A stretch of DNA of 64,000 nt. Origin: Octopus vulgaris (taxonomy: Eukaryota). A model generated the notes under the pieces. It was not told the origin of the DNA. It saw only the letters and a list, made by a program, of their open reading frames with translations, and did not search any database. Position 1 is the stretch's first letter, and the number at the start of each line of letters is the position of its first letter. Location of the stretch: contig OX597819.1 of the NCBI GenBank assembly GCA_951406725.2, positions 86,428,001 through 86,492,000 on the forward strand, given 5' to 3'. The position numbers were made by a program, and so were the translations under genes. This document shows, piece after piece, positions 27,890-39,700 of this stretch.

Positions 27890-30478
27890 TCTCTTTTACT
27901 CTTTTACTTGTTTCAGTCATTTGACTGTGGCCATGCTGGAGCACTGCCTTTTGTCAAGGAAATCGACCCCAGGACTTATTCTTTGTAAGCCTAGTACTTA
28001 TTCTAGCAGTCTCTTATCCCAAACCACTAAGTTACGGGAACGTAAACACACCAGCATCGATTGTCAAGCGATGTTGGGGGACAAAGACCCACAAACATAT
28101 ACACAGACATGTCCAGCGATGTGAGGACCAAAGAACTGAGGTATTTCGGATTGCTAGACAGTGTGTGAGAGAAAATTGTGATGTCACAAGAGAGAAATGT
28201 GTCCGCATGGATGATGGTGCACTTGCTTTTAATGTTTCTGAAAAAAAAGAGGCCATTATGAAAGACTGCTGAATGTGCAGAATGAATGGGAGGAGGAAAG
28301 CCTGCCAAATGTTGACCCAGTAGAGGGACCAGCTATCCCAATAGACAGCTCCCTAGTAGATAAAGCAATTAAGGGTATGAAGCCAGGAAAAGCCCCCTGC
28401 CCATCAGGAATAACTGCTGAGATGCTTAAAACATCTGGTGGTGTGGGCTATGGCCTAGTCACCCGCATTGTAAACCAGGTAGTTCATAATGGAGTCATAC
28501 CCAATGACTGGCGTAGCAGCACCATAGTCAACTGCTACAAGGGTAAAGGTGATGCTCTTGATAGAAATAACTATAGGGGTATCAAACTGCTGGATCAGGT
28601 GATGAAGGTCACAGAGAGGGTCATAACCCATCTCATTAGGGAGAGAGTCTGCTTAGATGAGATGCAGTTCGGTTTTGTTCCAGATAGAAGCACCACTGAT
28701 GCCATATTCCTGGTTCGACAACTGCAGGAGAAATACCTAGCTAAAGATAAACCCCTCTACTTAGCTTTTGTGGACTTGGAGAAAGCCTTTGACAGGGTCC
28801 CCCAATCCTTTATCTGGAGGAATTCAAGACGGATTGCCCCTGGGAGCTCCTCTATGCTGATGACCTGGCCCTCATAGCAGAATCACTACCGGAACTAGAA
28901 AAGAAATTTTGGGTGTGGAAGCTAGGTTTAGAATCAAAAGGCCTTAGAGTAAATGTAGCAAAGACTAAAGTTATAGTAAGTAGGAAGGCGAACTCATCAC
29001 ACCCCCACTTCAAGTAGGTGGCTCTGCTCGATCTGTAGAAAAAGTGTAGGTAGAAACTCCATAAGATGTACTCAGTGTAAGCTATGGATGCATAAGTGGC
29101 GCAGCAACATCAGAGAAAAATTAACCGATAAGATAGCTTTCATGTGCAGCAGATGCACAGGGGCAATAGACACCACAGATACTCAGAAAACATCACACTC
29201 CAGGAGAAGAAAGTAGAAGTAGTTGATAGTTTCCACTACCTAGGTGACCGAGTTAGTTTTGGAGGTGGATGCTCAGAGAGTGTCACCACTAGAATACAAA
29301 TAGCCTGGGTAAAGTTTAGAAAGCTTCTACCCCTACTGGTAACAAAGGGTCTCTCGCTCAGAGTGAAAGGTAGATTGTACAACGCATGTGTGCGAACCGC
29401 CATGCTTCATGATAATGAAACATGGGCTGTGACTGCAAAGGACATGTGTAGGCTTGAAAGAAATAAAGCTAGCATGATCTGCTTGATGTGTAATGTCAGT
29501 GTGCACACATGACAGAGTGTAAGCGCCCTGAGAGAAATAATGGACAATAGGAGCCTCGGATGTGGCATGCAAGAGAGATGTTTGTGCTGGTATGGTCATG
29601 TACTATGGATGTATGAGGAGAGATGTGTGAAGAAGTACCACTCCCAAACAGTTGAAGGAATCTAGAGTAGAGGTAGACCCAGGAAGACATGGGATGAAGT
29701 GGTCAGGCACGACCGTTGAACATCGGGCCTCACAGAGGCAATGATGAACGACTGAGATCTCTGGAGATATGCTGTGACTGCGAAGACCTGATAAATAACG
29801 TGAGTTCATGGCTGTTTCCTGCACCAGCTTCACATAGCAGCCCCAGCCCATCCAAAGTACCTTGGATTGCAGGACGGCCTGCTGTACTTACCTTGGATAG
29901 TAGGGCGACCTGCTGTGCTTGAGGAGACCTATTGAGTCAAGTACATCAACATCAAAATAAAAATCAAATGGAAATTGTAGTTGTGATACTTGTGCTGGTG
30001 GCACATAAAAGTACCATCCGAATGTGACCGATGCCAGCGCCATCTTGACTGGCTTCTGTGCTGGTGGCACATAAAAAGCACCAACTGATCGTGGCTGCTG
30101 CCAGCCTCCCTTGGCACCAGTGCCATGTAAAAAGCACCCACTACACTCATGGAGTGGTTGGTGTTAGGAAGAGCATCCAGCTGTAGAAACACTGCCAGAT
30201 CAGACTGGAGCCTGGTGTAGCCTCCTGACTTCCCAGACCCCAGTCGAACCGTCCAACACATGCTAGCATGGAAAAGGGATGTTAAACGATGATGTTGATT
30301 ATGATGATGATGATATATACGACAGGCTTCTTTCAGTTTCTGTCTACCAAATCCACTCACAAGGCTTTGGTCGGCCCTAGGCTACAGAAGACACTTGATC
30401 AAGGTGCCACACAGTGGGAATGAACCCAGAACCATGCGGTTGGTAAGCAAGCTACTTACCACACAGCCACTCCTGGCC
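27890..30478 (-). mobile_element. tRNA-derived SINE split in two (27890-28108 and 30315-30478) by an RTE insertion
   Basis: The two halves joined reproduce the intact copy at 60640-61093. The break lies at its central (CA)/(TA) tract. Confidence 0.8.
28109..30314 (+). mobile_element. 5'-truncated RTE LINE, same family as 44641-48967, with an internal deletion and frameshifts
   Basis: Closely similar peptides (NEWEEESLPNVDPVEGPA, FVDLEKAFDRVP). A ~190-bp deletion at ~28817 removes the GVHQGSALSP motif. Ends in a (gat)n tail. Confidence 0.92.
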
Positions 30479-30819
30479 TATATTCATCTATTCATCCTTC
30501 TCTCTTCTTGACAGTTAATTAATGAGAAATGAAGATGTTAGAGAGAGAGATAGAGATGGTTGAATAACTTAAAGACTTTGCATGTGTATAAAGATGGACA
30601 TGCTGTGGCAGTTAAGATCTACTGAATTTTCTTTCTTGCTTGAAATACTTGACATGTTGAAACAATCTGCAGTAGTCTTTGATTTCGATATCCTTTCGGT
30701 TGCCATGACAGTTTCTCTTAGAAAAAATTCAATATACTTAGTATATAATAAACAAATGATTATAATGGTTGCTTAAGAATAATGTTGGCAAGTTTCCTGT
30801 TATAAAAAAAGACCAGTGT

Positions 30820-30823
30820 GCAT

Positions 30824-30879
<56 letters not shown>

Positions 30880-31105
30880 GTATATATATATACATATATA
30901 TACACATGTATATATATATACATACATATACACATGTATATATATATACATACATATATATATATATATACATACATATATATACATACAAACATATACA
31001 CACACATACACACATATATACACACACATATGTTCTGTCCTATTCATACTATTCAGCATTATTACAATGCATTTGTGAATAAAATATTTCCATATATATA
31101 TACAT

Positions 31106-31147
<42 letters not shown>

Positions 31148-31338
31148 CTACACACACACATATATATACACACACAAACACAAACATACATATATATACA
31201 CACACATATATATATATATACATATACACACACACACAAACATACTTATATACATATATATACACACACACAAACATTCACATATATATATATATACATA
31301 CACACAAACATTCATATATATATACACACACACAAACA

Positions 31339-31383
<45 letters not shown>

Positions 31384-31450
31384 CATATAAATGCATATAT
31401 ATATATATATATATATATGCATATATATATATATATATGCATATATGGAT
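30820..31450. repeat. Long compound (TA)/(CA) microsatellite
   Basis: Read directly from the sequence. It generates the spurious YIYI/HTHT ORFs. Confidence 0.95.
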
Positions 31451-31649
31451 ACAAGACTTCACCAACTCTAAAAACAACATGAAATACGAAAACAAATGAG
31501 TTGAATATACAAACAACAGGAGAAAAACTGGAAAACAGGACAAGTAAACACAGAGAAAGGACCCTTCATCAGTTGTCAGCTGTCTATCTACTCCTCATTT
31601 CGAGCATTCAACTACAATATGAGTCTTCAAAGACAGTAGCTCCCATTAA

Positions 31650-32900
31650 TTCTAAAATAAAATGTAGGATTTATGGAGGGTGTAAACATGCTATACCTCG
31701 ACTGTGCCAAGGCCTTCGACAAAGTTGATCTTGACATGATATGTCAGAAGCTGCGAAACCTTGGTTTTACTTGGAAACTGGGTGAGTGGCTGTATGAATT
31801 TTGGAAGGGTAGGAATCAGACAGTTGTTACCAATGGTGCTCACTCTGAAGAGACATCAATTCTCAGTAGAGTCCCACAGGGAACTGTATTACTATTTGTG
31901 ATGGCCCTCTCAACATGCCCTCTGTGGTACACTCAGCCAATCTGACCAGTTGTGCTGACAACACAAAACTATCGCAGGCAGTTAGAAACCCAGAGGACAT
32001 CATACAACTGCAGAAAGACCTGAATGAGATACACAAATGGGTTAACAAAAATAATATGCAGTTTCAGGCACTCCACTATCAATCCAACACCAGGCTAAAA
32101 TCGGAATAAACTGGACCAGAATGTAATATGATCCCAGAGTCAGAGTCGGTGCATGACCTGGGGGTTCACATGAGCAATGAAGCAACATTCCATGTGCATA
32201 TTACCAAGATGGCAACACTGTGCAGGCGTGTGGCTGGATGGATTCTGAGGACATTCAGAACCAAGAAAAGAAAGGTCCTGCTACTCCAATGGAGGACTTT
32301 TGTTCTCAGCTGCTTGGACTATTGCTCCCAACTATGGTCTCCAGAGAGTGTGAAACAAACTGTGGAACTCAAAGCAATCCAGCACCAATGCACAAAGAAG
32401 ATTGACTTGATGAAAAAGACAGGCTACTGGGAGAGGCTAAAGGGGCTGAGTCTCTATACCCTGAAGAGAAATCAAGAGCGATATGTGGTAATATATATTT
32501 GGAAGATCTTGGAGGGTTTACCTCCCAATTTTGGAATTGACAGCTGTACCAGTCTTTGAACTGGATGGGACTGCATCATACCAAAGATCACATCTTGCTC
32601 ATCTAAAATAAGGACAGCACTGCAATAGTCTGGGGTTCAAGAGCCCTCAATTGTTTGAAATCCTGCCAGGTAACCATAGAGATCTACATGGTGTTGATGT
32701 GGAAGTTTACAAGGAAAGTTTGGATAGGTTTCTATCTGAGATACCAAATGAATCCACATAGTGGAAGGAGACGCAAGGAAGAGCGGCTCTGTCCAATTCG
32801 GTACTTCACCCCAAAAATACTGGAAACAAAACTTAGTAATTACAGGTGGTGCACGAGCATGATCTCAACCTTGGGTTGAAACCAGTGAAAGATAAAAGAT
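31650..32900 (+). mobile_element. 5'-truncated, decayed CR1/L2-group LINE (RT and C-terminal region)
   Basis: YLDCAKAFDKVD, VPQGTVL, ADNTKL, DLGVHMS, LDYCSQLWSP and LSLYTLKRNQER motifs with frameshifts. Tail aaagataaaagata. Confidence 0.85.
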
Positions 32901-32903
32901 ACA

Positions 32904-32943
<40 letters not shown>

Positions 32944-32949
32944 CACATG

Positions 32950-33297
32950 AAGGCGCATGGCTCAGTGGTTAGAGCGTCGAGCTTACGATCGTGAGGTTGT
33001 GAGCTCGAATCCCGGACCGGGCTGCGTGTTGTGTTCTCGAGCAAGGCACTTTATTTCACGTTGCTCCAGTTCACTCAGCTGTAGAAATGAGTTGCGACGT
33101 CACAGGTGCCAAGCTGTATCGACCTTTGTCTTTCCCTTGGATAACACTGGTGGCGTGGAGAGGGGAGGCTGGTATGCATGGGCTACTGCTGGCCTTCCAT
33201 AAACAACCTTGCCCGGACTTGTGTCTAGGAGGGTAACTTTCTAGGTGCAATCCCATGGTCATTCATGACCGAAGGGGGTCTTTACCCTTTACCCTTA
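32950..33297 (+). mobile_element. Young tRNA-derived SINE
   Basis: A box tggctcagtggttagagc, B box gctcgaatccc, CpG-rich body and (ttaccct)n tail, inserted in a TA microsatellite. Confidence 0.85.
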
Positions 33298-33371
33298 CAT
33301 ATACACATATATACATGCATATATATATATATATATACACATATATACATGCATATATATAAACACACACA

Positions 33372-33415
<44 letters not shown>

Positions 33416-33419
<4 letters not shown>

Positions 33420-33607
33420 TCATAGATAAGGGCAAACGAAAAAATTTCTAATGCCAAATATGCCGAAAAATTGGGCATATTGTCCATTAACCATATAATT
33501 TTTTCACAATACGCACGCTACCCGTCCATTGGTTAATGGACAATATGCCCAATTTTTCGGCATATTTGGCATTAGAAATTTTTTAGTTTGCCCTTATCAA
33601 TGAATTG
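33416..33607. repeat. Near-perfect inverted repeat with 78-bp arms and a 36-bp loop; MITE-like hairpin
   Basis: 33416-33493 is the reverse complement of 33530-33607 apart from 2-3 differences. Confidence 0.9.
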
Positions 33608-33790
33608 TTTATAAATTTAACCTTTAAAGGTATTTTTTAATATGCTAGCCATTGATAAAGTTTTTTTGGGAAAAGAATTTTTTCGAAAAAAGTTTTACCC
33701 TACATTAGATATATATATATATTTATATATATACACACACACGCATAAATACACACACACATGTATATATGTGTATGTATATATATATAT

Positions 33791-36700
33791 ATTCCCAGTT
33801 CAACTACTTTCTTCTTCAATTTCAGCTCCCGCTCGATGACCGCGGCGGGTTCTTGAAAGGTTTGTCTTACTATATTTTTTTATTCGTTGTTGATACGTTT
33901 GTTCATGCACTGTTGCGAAAATTTGGCCTTTTTTAGGCTACTTTCGGGCCTTCGCCATAGCTTGATTTATCTTCCTATCTCTCTCTCTACAATATTTGAC
34001 CGCAGGCTGCCTCAAGCCGTGATCCCATCTTTGTTGATGCGTTTATTCATGCACTGTTGCGAAGGTTTGGCCTTTTTTGGGCTACTTTCAGGCCTTCGCC
34101 GTGACTTGATTTATCTTCCTATCTCTCTCTCTGCAATATTTGACCGCAGGCTGCCTCAAGCCGTAGTCCCATCTTTTTCCCATCTGTCTTCTTTTTCCTC
34201 CTCTTCTTCTTCATATGCTAAGGCTTGAAAGCCGCCATTACTATTACTATTACGATTCTGCAATTTGAGTTCCCAGTTCAACTACTTTCTTCTTCAATTT
34301 CAGCTCCCGCTCGATGACCGCAGCAAGTTCTTAAAAAATTTATCTTACTATATTTTTTTATTCGTTGTTAATACGTTTATTCATACACTGTTACGAAAAT
34401 TTAACCTTTTTTGGGCTACTTTCAAGCCTTCGCCATAACTTGATTTATCTTCCTATCTCTCTCTCTACAATATTTAACCGCAGGCTGCCTCAAGCCGTAA
34501 TCCCATCTTTTTCCCATCTGTCTTCTTTTTCCTCCTCTTCTTCTTCATATGCTGGAGCTTGAGAGCCGCCATTGCTATTACTGTTGCGATTCTGCAATTT
34601 GAATTCCCAGTTCAGCTACTTTCTTCTTCAGTTTCAGCTCCCGCTCGATGACCGCAGCAGGTTCTTGAAAAATTTATCTTGCTATATTTTTTTATTCGTT
34701 GTTGGTGCGTTTATTCGTGCACTGTTGCGGGGGTTTGACCTTTTTTGGGCTACTTTCGGGCCTTCGCCATAGCTTGATTTATCTTCCTATCTCTCTCTCT
34801 ACAATGTTTGACCGCAGGCTGCCTCAGGCCGTGGTCCCATCTTTGTTGATGCGTTTATTCATACACTGTTGCGAGGATTTGGCCTTTTTTGGGCTACTTT
34901 CAGGCCTTCGCCGTGGCTTGATTTGTCTTCCTATCTCTCTCTCTACAATATTTGACCGCGGGCTGCCTCAGGCCGTGGTCCCATCTTTTTCCCATCTGTC
35001 TTCTTTTTCCTCCTCTTCTTCTTCATATGCTGAGGCTTGGGAGCCGCCATTACTATTACTGTTGCGATTCTGCAGTTTGGATTCCCAGTTCAACTGCTTT
35101 CTTCTTCAATTTCAGCTCCCGCTCGATGACCGCAGCGGGTTCTTGAAAAATTTATCTTACTATGTTTTTTTATTCGTTGTTGATGCGTTTATTCGTGCAC
35201 TGTTGCGAGAGTTTGACCTTTTTTGGGCTGCTTTCAGGCCTTCGCCGTGGCTTGATTTGTCTTCCTATCTCTCTCTCTACAATATTTAACCGCAGGCTGC
35301 CTCAAGCCGTAATCCCATCTTTGTTAATACGTTTATTCATACACTGTTGCGAAAATTTAACCTTTTTTAGGCTGCTTTCGGGCCTTCGCCATGACTTGAT
35401 TTGTCTTCCTATCTCTCTCTCTGCAATATTTGACCGCAGGCTGCCTCAAGCCGTAGTCCCATCTTTTTCCCATCTGTCTTCTTTTTCCTCCTCTTCTTCT
35501 TCATATGCTAGAGCTTGAGGGCCGCCATTGCTATTGCTGTTGCGATTCTGCAATTTGAATTCCCAGTTCAACTACTTTCTTCTTCAATTTCAGCTCCCGC
35601 TCGATGACCGCGGCGGGTTCTTGAAAAGTTTATCTTGCTATATTTTTTTATTCGTTGTTGATACGTTTGTTCATGCACTGTTGCGAAAGTTTGGCCTTTT
35701 TTAGGCTACTTTCGGGCCTTCGCCATAACTTGATTTATCTTCCTATCTCTCTCTCTACAATATTTAACCGCAGGCTGCCTCAAGCCGTAATCCCATCTTT
35801 GTTAATACGTTTATTCATGCACTGTTACGGAAGTTTGACCTTTTTTGGGCTACTTTCAAGCCTTCGCCATAACTTGATTTATCTTCCTATCTCTCTCTCT
35901 ACAATATTTAACCGCAGGCTGCCTCAAGCCGTAATCCCATCTTTTTCCCATCTGTCTTCTTTTTCCTCCTCTTCTTCTTCATATGCTAAAACTTGAAAAC
36001 CGCCATTACTATTACTATTACGATTCTGCAATTTAAATTCCCAGTTCAACTACTTTCTTCTTCAATTTCAACTCCCGCTCGATGACCGCAGCAAGTTCTT
36101 AAAAAATTTATCTTACTATATTTTTTTATTCGTTGTTAATACGTTTATTCATACACTGTTACGAAAATTTAACCTTTTTTAGGCTACTTTCAAGCCTTCG
36201 CCATAACTTGATTTATCTTCCTATCTCTCTCTCTACAATATTTAACCGCAGGCTGCCTCAAGCCGTAATCCCATCTTTTTCCCATCTGTCTTCTTTTTCC
36301 TCCTCTTCTTCTTCATATGCTAAAACTTGAAAACCGCCATTACTATTACTATTACGATTCTGCAATTTAAATTCCCAGTTCAACTACTTTCTTCTTCAAT
36401 TTCAACTCCCGCTCGATGACCGCAGCAAGTTCTTAAAAAATTTATCTTACTATATTTTTTTATTCGTTGTTAATACGTTTATTCATACACTGTTACGAAA
36501 ATTTAACCTTTTTTAGGCTACTTTCAAGCCTTCGCCATAACTTGATTTATCTTCCTATCTCTCTCTCTACAATATTTAACCGCAGGCTGCCTCAAGCCGT
36601 AATCCCATCTTTGTTAATACGTTTATTCATACACTGTTACGAAAATTTAACCTTTTTAGGCTACTTTCAAGCCTTCGCCATAACTTGATTTATCTTCCTA

Positions 36701-39700
36701 TCTCTCTCTCTACAATATTTAACCGCAGGCTGCCTCAAGCCGTAATCCCATCTTTTTCCCATCTGTCTTCTTTTTCCTCCTCTTCTTCTTCATATGCTAA
36801 AACTTGAAAACCGCCATTACTATTACTATTACGATTCTGCAATTTAAATTCCCAGTTCAACTACTTTCTTCTTCAATTTCAACTCCCGCTCGATGACCGC
36901 AGCAAGTTCTTAAAAAATTTATCTTACTATATTTTTTTATTCGTTGTTAATACGTTTATTCATACACTGTTACGAAAATTTAACCTTTTTTAGGCTACTT
37001 TCAAGCCTTCGCCATAACTTGATTTATCTTCCTATCTCTCTCTCTACAATATTTAACCGCAGGCTGCCTCAAGCCGTAATCCCATCTTTTTCCCATCTGT
37101 CTTCTTTTTCCTCCTCTTCTTCTTCATATGCTAAAACTTGAAAACCGCCATTACTATTACTATTACGATTCTGCAATTTAAATTCCCAGTTCAACTACTT
37201 TCTTCTTCAATTTCAACTCCCGCTCGATGACCGCAGCAAGTTCTTAAAAAATTTATCTTACTATATTTTTTTATTCGTTGTTAATACGTTTATTCATACA
37301 CTGTTACGAAAATTTAACCTTTTTTAGGCTACTTTCAAGCCTTCGCCATAACTTGATTTATCTTCCTATCTCTCTCTCTACAATATTTAACCGCAGGCTG
37401 CCTCAAGCCGTAATCCCATCTTTGTTAATACGTTTATTCATACACTGTTACGAAAATTTAACCTTTTTTAGGCTACTTTCAAGCCTTCGCCATAACTTGA
37501 TTTATCTTCCTATCTCTCTCTCTACAATATTTAACCGCAGGCTGCCTCAAGCCGTAATCCCATCTTTTTCCCATCTGTCTTCTTTTTCCTCCTCTTCTTC
37601 TTCATATGCTAAAACTTGAAAACCGCCATTACTATTACTATTACGATTCTGCAATTTAAATTCCCAGTTCAACTACTTTCTTCTTCAATTTCAACTCCCG
37701 CTCGATGACCGCAGCAAGTTCTTAAAAAATTTATCTTACTATATTTTTTTATTCGTTGTTAATACGTTTATTCATACACTGTTACGAAAATTTAACCTTT
37801 TTTAGGCTACTTTCAAGCCTTCGCCATAACTTGATTTATCTTCCTATCTCTCTCTCTACAATATTTAACCGCAGGCTGCCTCAAGCCGTAATCCCATCTT
37901 TGTTAATACGTTTATTCATACACTGTTACGAAAATTTAACCTTTTTTAGGCTACTTTCAAGCCTTCGCCATAACTTGATTTATCTTCCTATCTCTCTCTC
38001 TACAATATTTAACCGCAGGCTGCCTCAAGCCGTAATCCCATCTTTTTCCCATCTGTCTTCTTTTTCCTCCTCTTCTTCTTCATATGCTAAAACTTGAAAA
38101 CCGCCATTACTATTACTATTACGATTCTGCAATTTAAATTCCCAGTTCAACTACTTTCTTCTTCAATTTCAACTCCCGCTCGATGACCGCAGCAAGTTCT
38201 TAAAAAATTTATCTTACTATATTTTTTTATTCGTTGTTAATACGTTTATTCATACACTGTTACGAAAATTTAACCTTTTTAGGCTACTTTCAAGCCTTCG
38301 CCATAACTTGATTTATCTTCCTATCTCTCTCTCTACAATATTTAACCGCAGGCTGCCTCAAGCCGTAATCCCATCTTTGTTAATACGTTTATTCATACAC
38401 TGTTACGAAAATTTAACCTTTTTTAGGCTACTTTCAAGCCTTCGCCATAACTTGATTTATCTTCCTATCTCTCTCTCTACAATATTTAACCGCAGGCTGC
38501 CTCAAGCCGTAATCCCATCTTTTTCCCATCTGTCTTCTTTTTCCTCCTCTTCTTCTTCATATGCTAAAACTTGAAAACCGCCATTACTATTACTATTACG
38601 ATTCTGCAATTTAAATTCCCAGTTCAACTACTTTCTTCTTCAATTTCAACTCCCGCTCGATGACCGCAGCAAGTTCTTAAAAAATTTATCTTACTATATT
38701 TTTTTATTCGTTGTTAATACGTTTATTCATACACTGTTACGAAAATTTAACCTTTTTTAGGCTACTTTCAAGCCTTCGCCATAACTTGATTTATCTTCCT
38801 ATCTCTCTCTCTACAATATTTAACCGCAGGCTGCCTCAAGCCGTAATCCCATCTTTGTTAATACGTTTATTCATACACTGTTACGAAAATTTAACCTTTT
38901 TAGGCTACTTTCAAGCCTTCGCCATAACTTGATTTATCTTCCTATCTCTCTCTCTACAATATTTAACCGCAGGCTGCCTCAAGCCGTAATCCCATCTTTT
39001 TCCCATCTGTCTTCTTTTTCCTCCTCTTCTTCTTCATATGCTAAAACTTGAAAACCGCCATTACTATTACTATTACGATTCTGCAATTTAAATTCCCAGT
39101 TCAACTACTTTCTTCTTCAATTTCAACTCCCGCTCGATGACCGCAGCAAGTTCTTAAAAAATTTATCTTACTATATTTTTTTATTCGTTGTTAATACGTT
39201 TATTCATACACTGTTACGAAAATTTAACCTTTTTTAGGCTACTTTCAAGCCTTCGCCATAACTTGATTTATCTTCCTATCTCTCTCTCTACAATATTTAA
39301 CCGCAGGCTGCCTCAAGCCGTAATCCCATCTTTGTTAATACGTTTATTCATACACTGTTACGAAAATTTAACCTTTTTTAGGCTACTTTCAAGCCTTCGC
39401 CATAACTTGATTTATCTTCCTATCTCTCTCTCTACAATATTTAACCGCAGGCTGCCTCAAGCCGTAATCCCATCTTTTTCCCATCTGTCTTCTTTTTCCT
39501 CCTCTTCTTCTTCATATGCTAAAACTTGAAAACCGCCATTACTATTACTATTACGATTCTGCAATTTAAATTCCCAGTTCAACTACTTTCTTCTTCAATT
39601 TCAACTCCCGCTCGATGACCGCAGCAAGTTCTTAAAAAATTTATCTTACTATATTTTTTTATTCGTTGTTAATACGTTTATTCATACACTGTTACGAAAA

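Noticed and set aside
30738-31543. Many ORFs rich in YI/HT/CV (also at 7057-7556, 15428-15696 and 48947-49189)
   Set aside because: They are translations of microsatellites.
32950-33030. tRNA gene
   Set aside because: The tRNA-like head continues into a SINE body that recurs at 14028-14362 and 25685-26020. The same applies to the heads at ~727, ~5975 and ~61090.
33791-35850. G>A (APOBEC- or RIP-like) decay from a G-rich ancestor as the cause of unit variation
   Set aside because: Disfavoured rather than excluded. G alleles are scattered and unit-specific rather than nested, occur on one strand only (RIP hits both) and follow ADAR context. Their union still leaves stops in the minus-strand frame.
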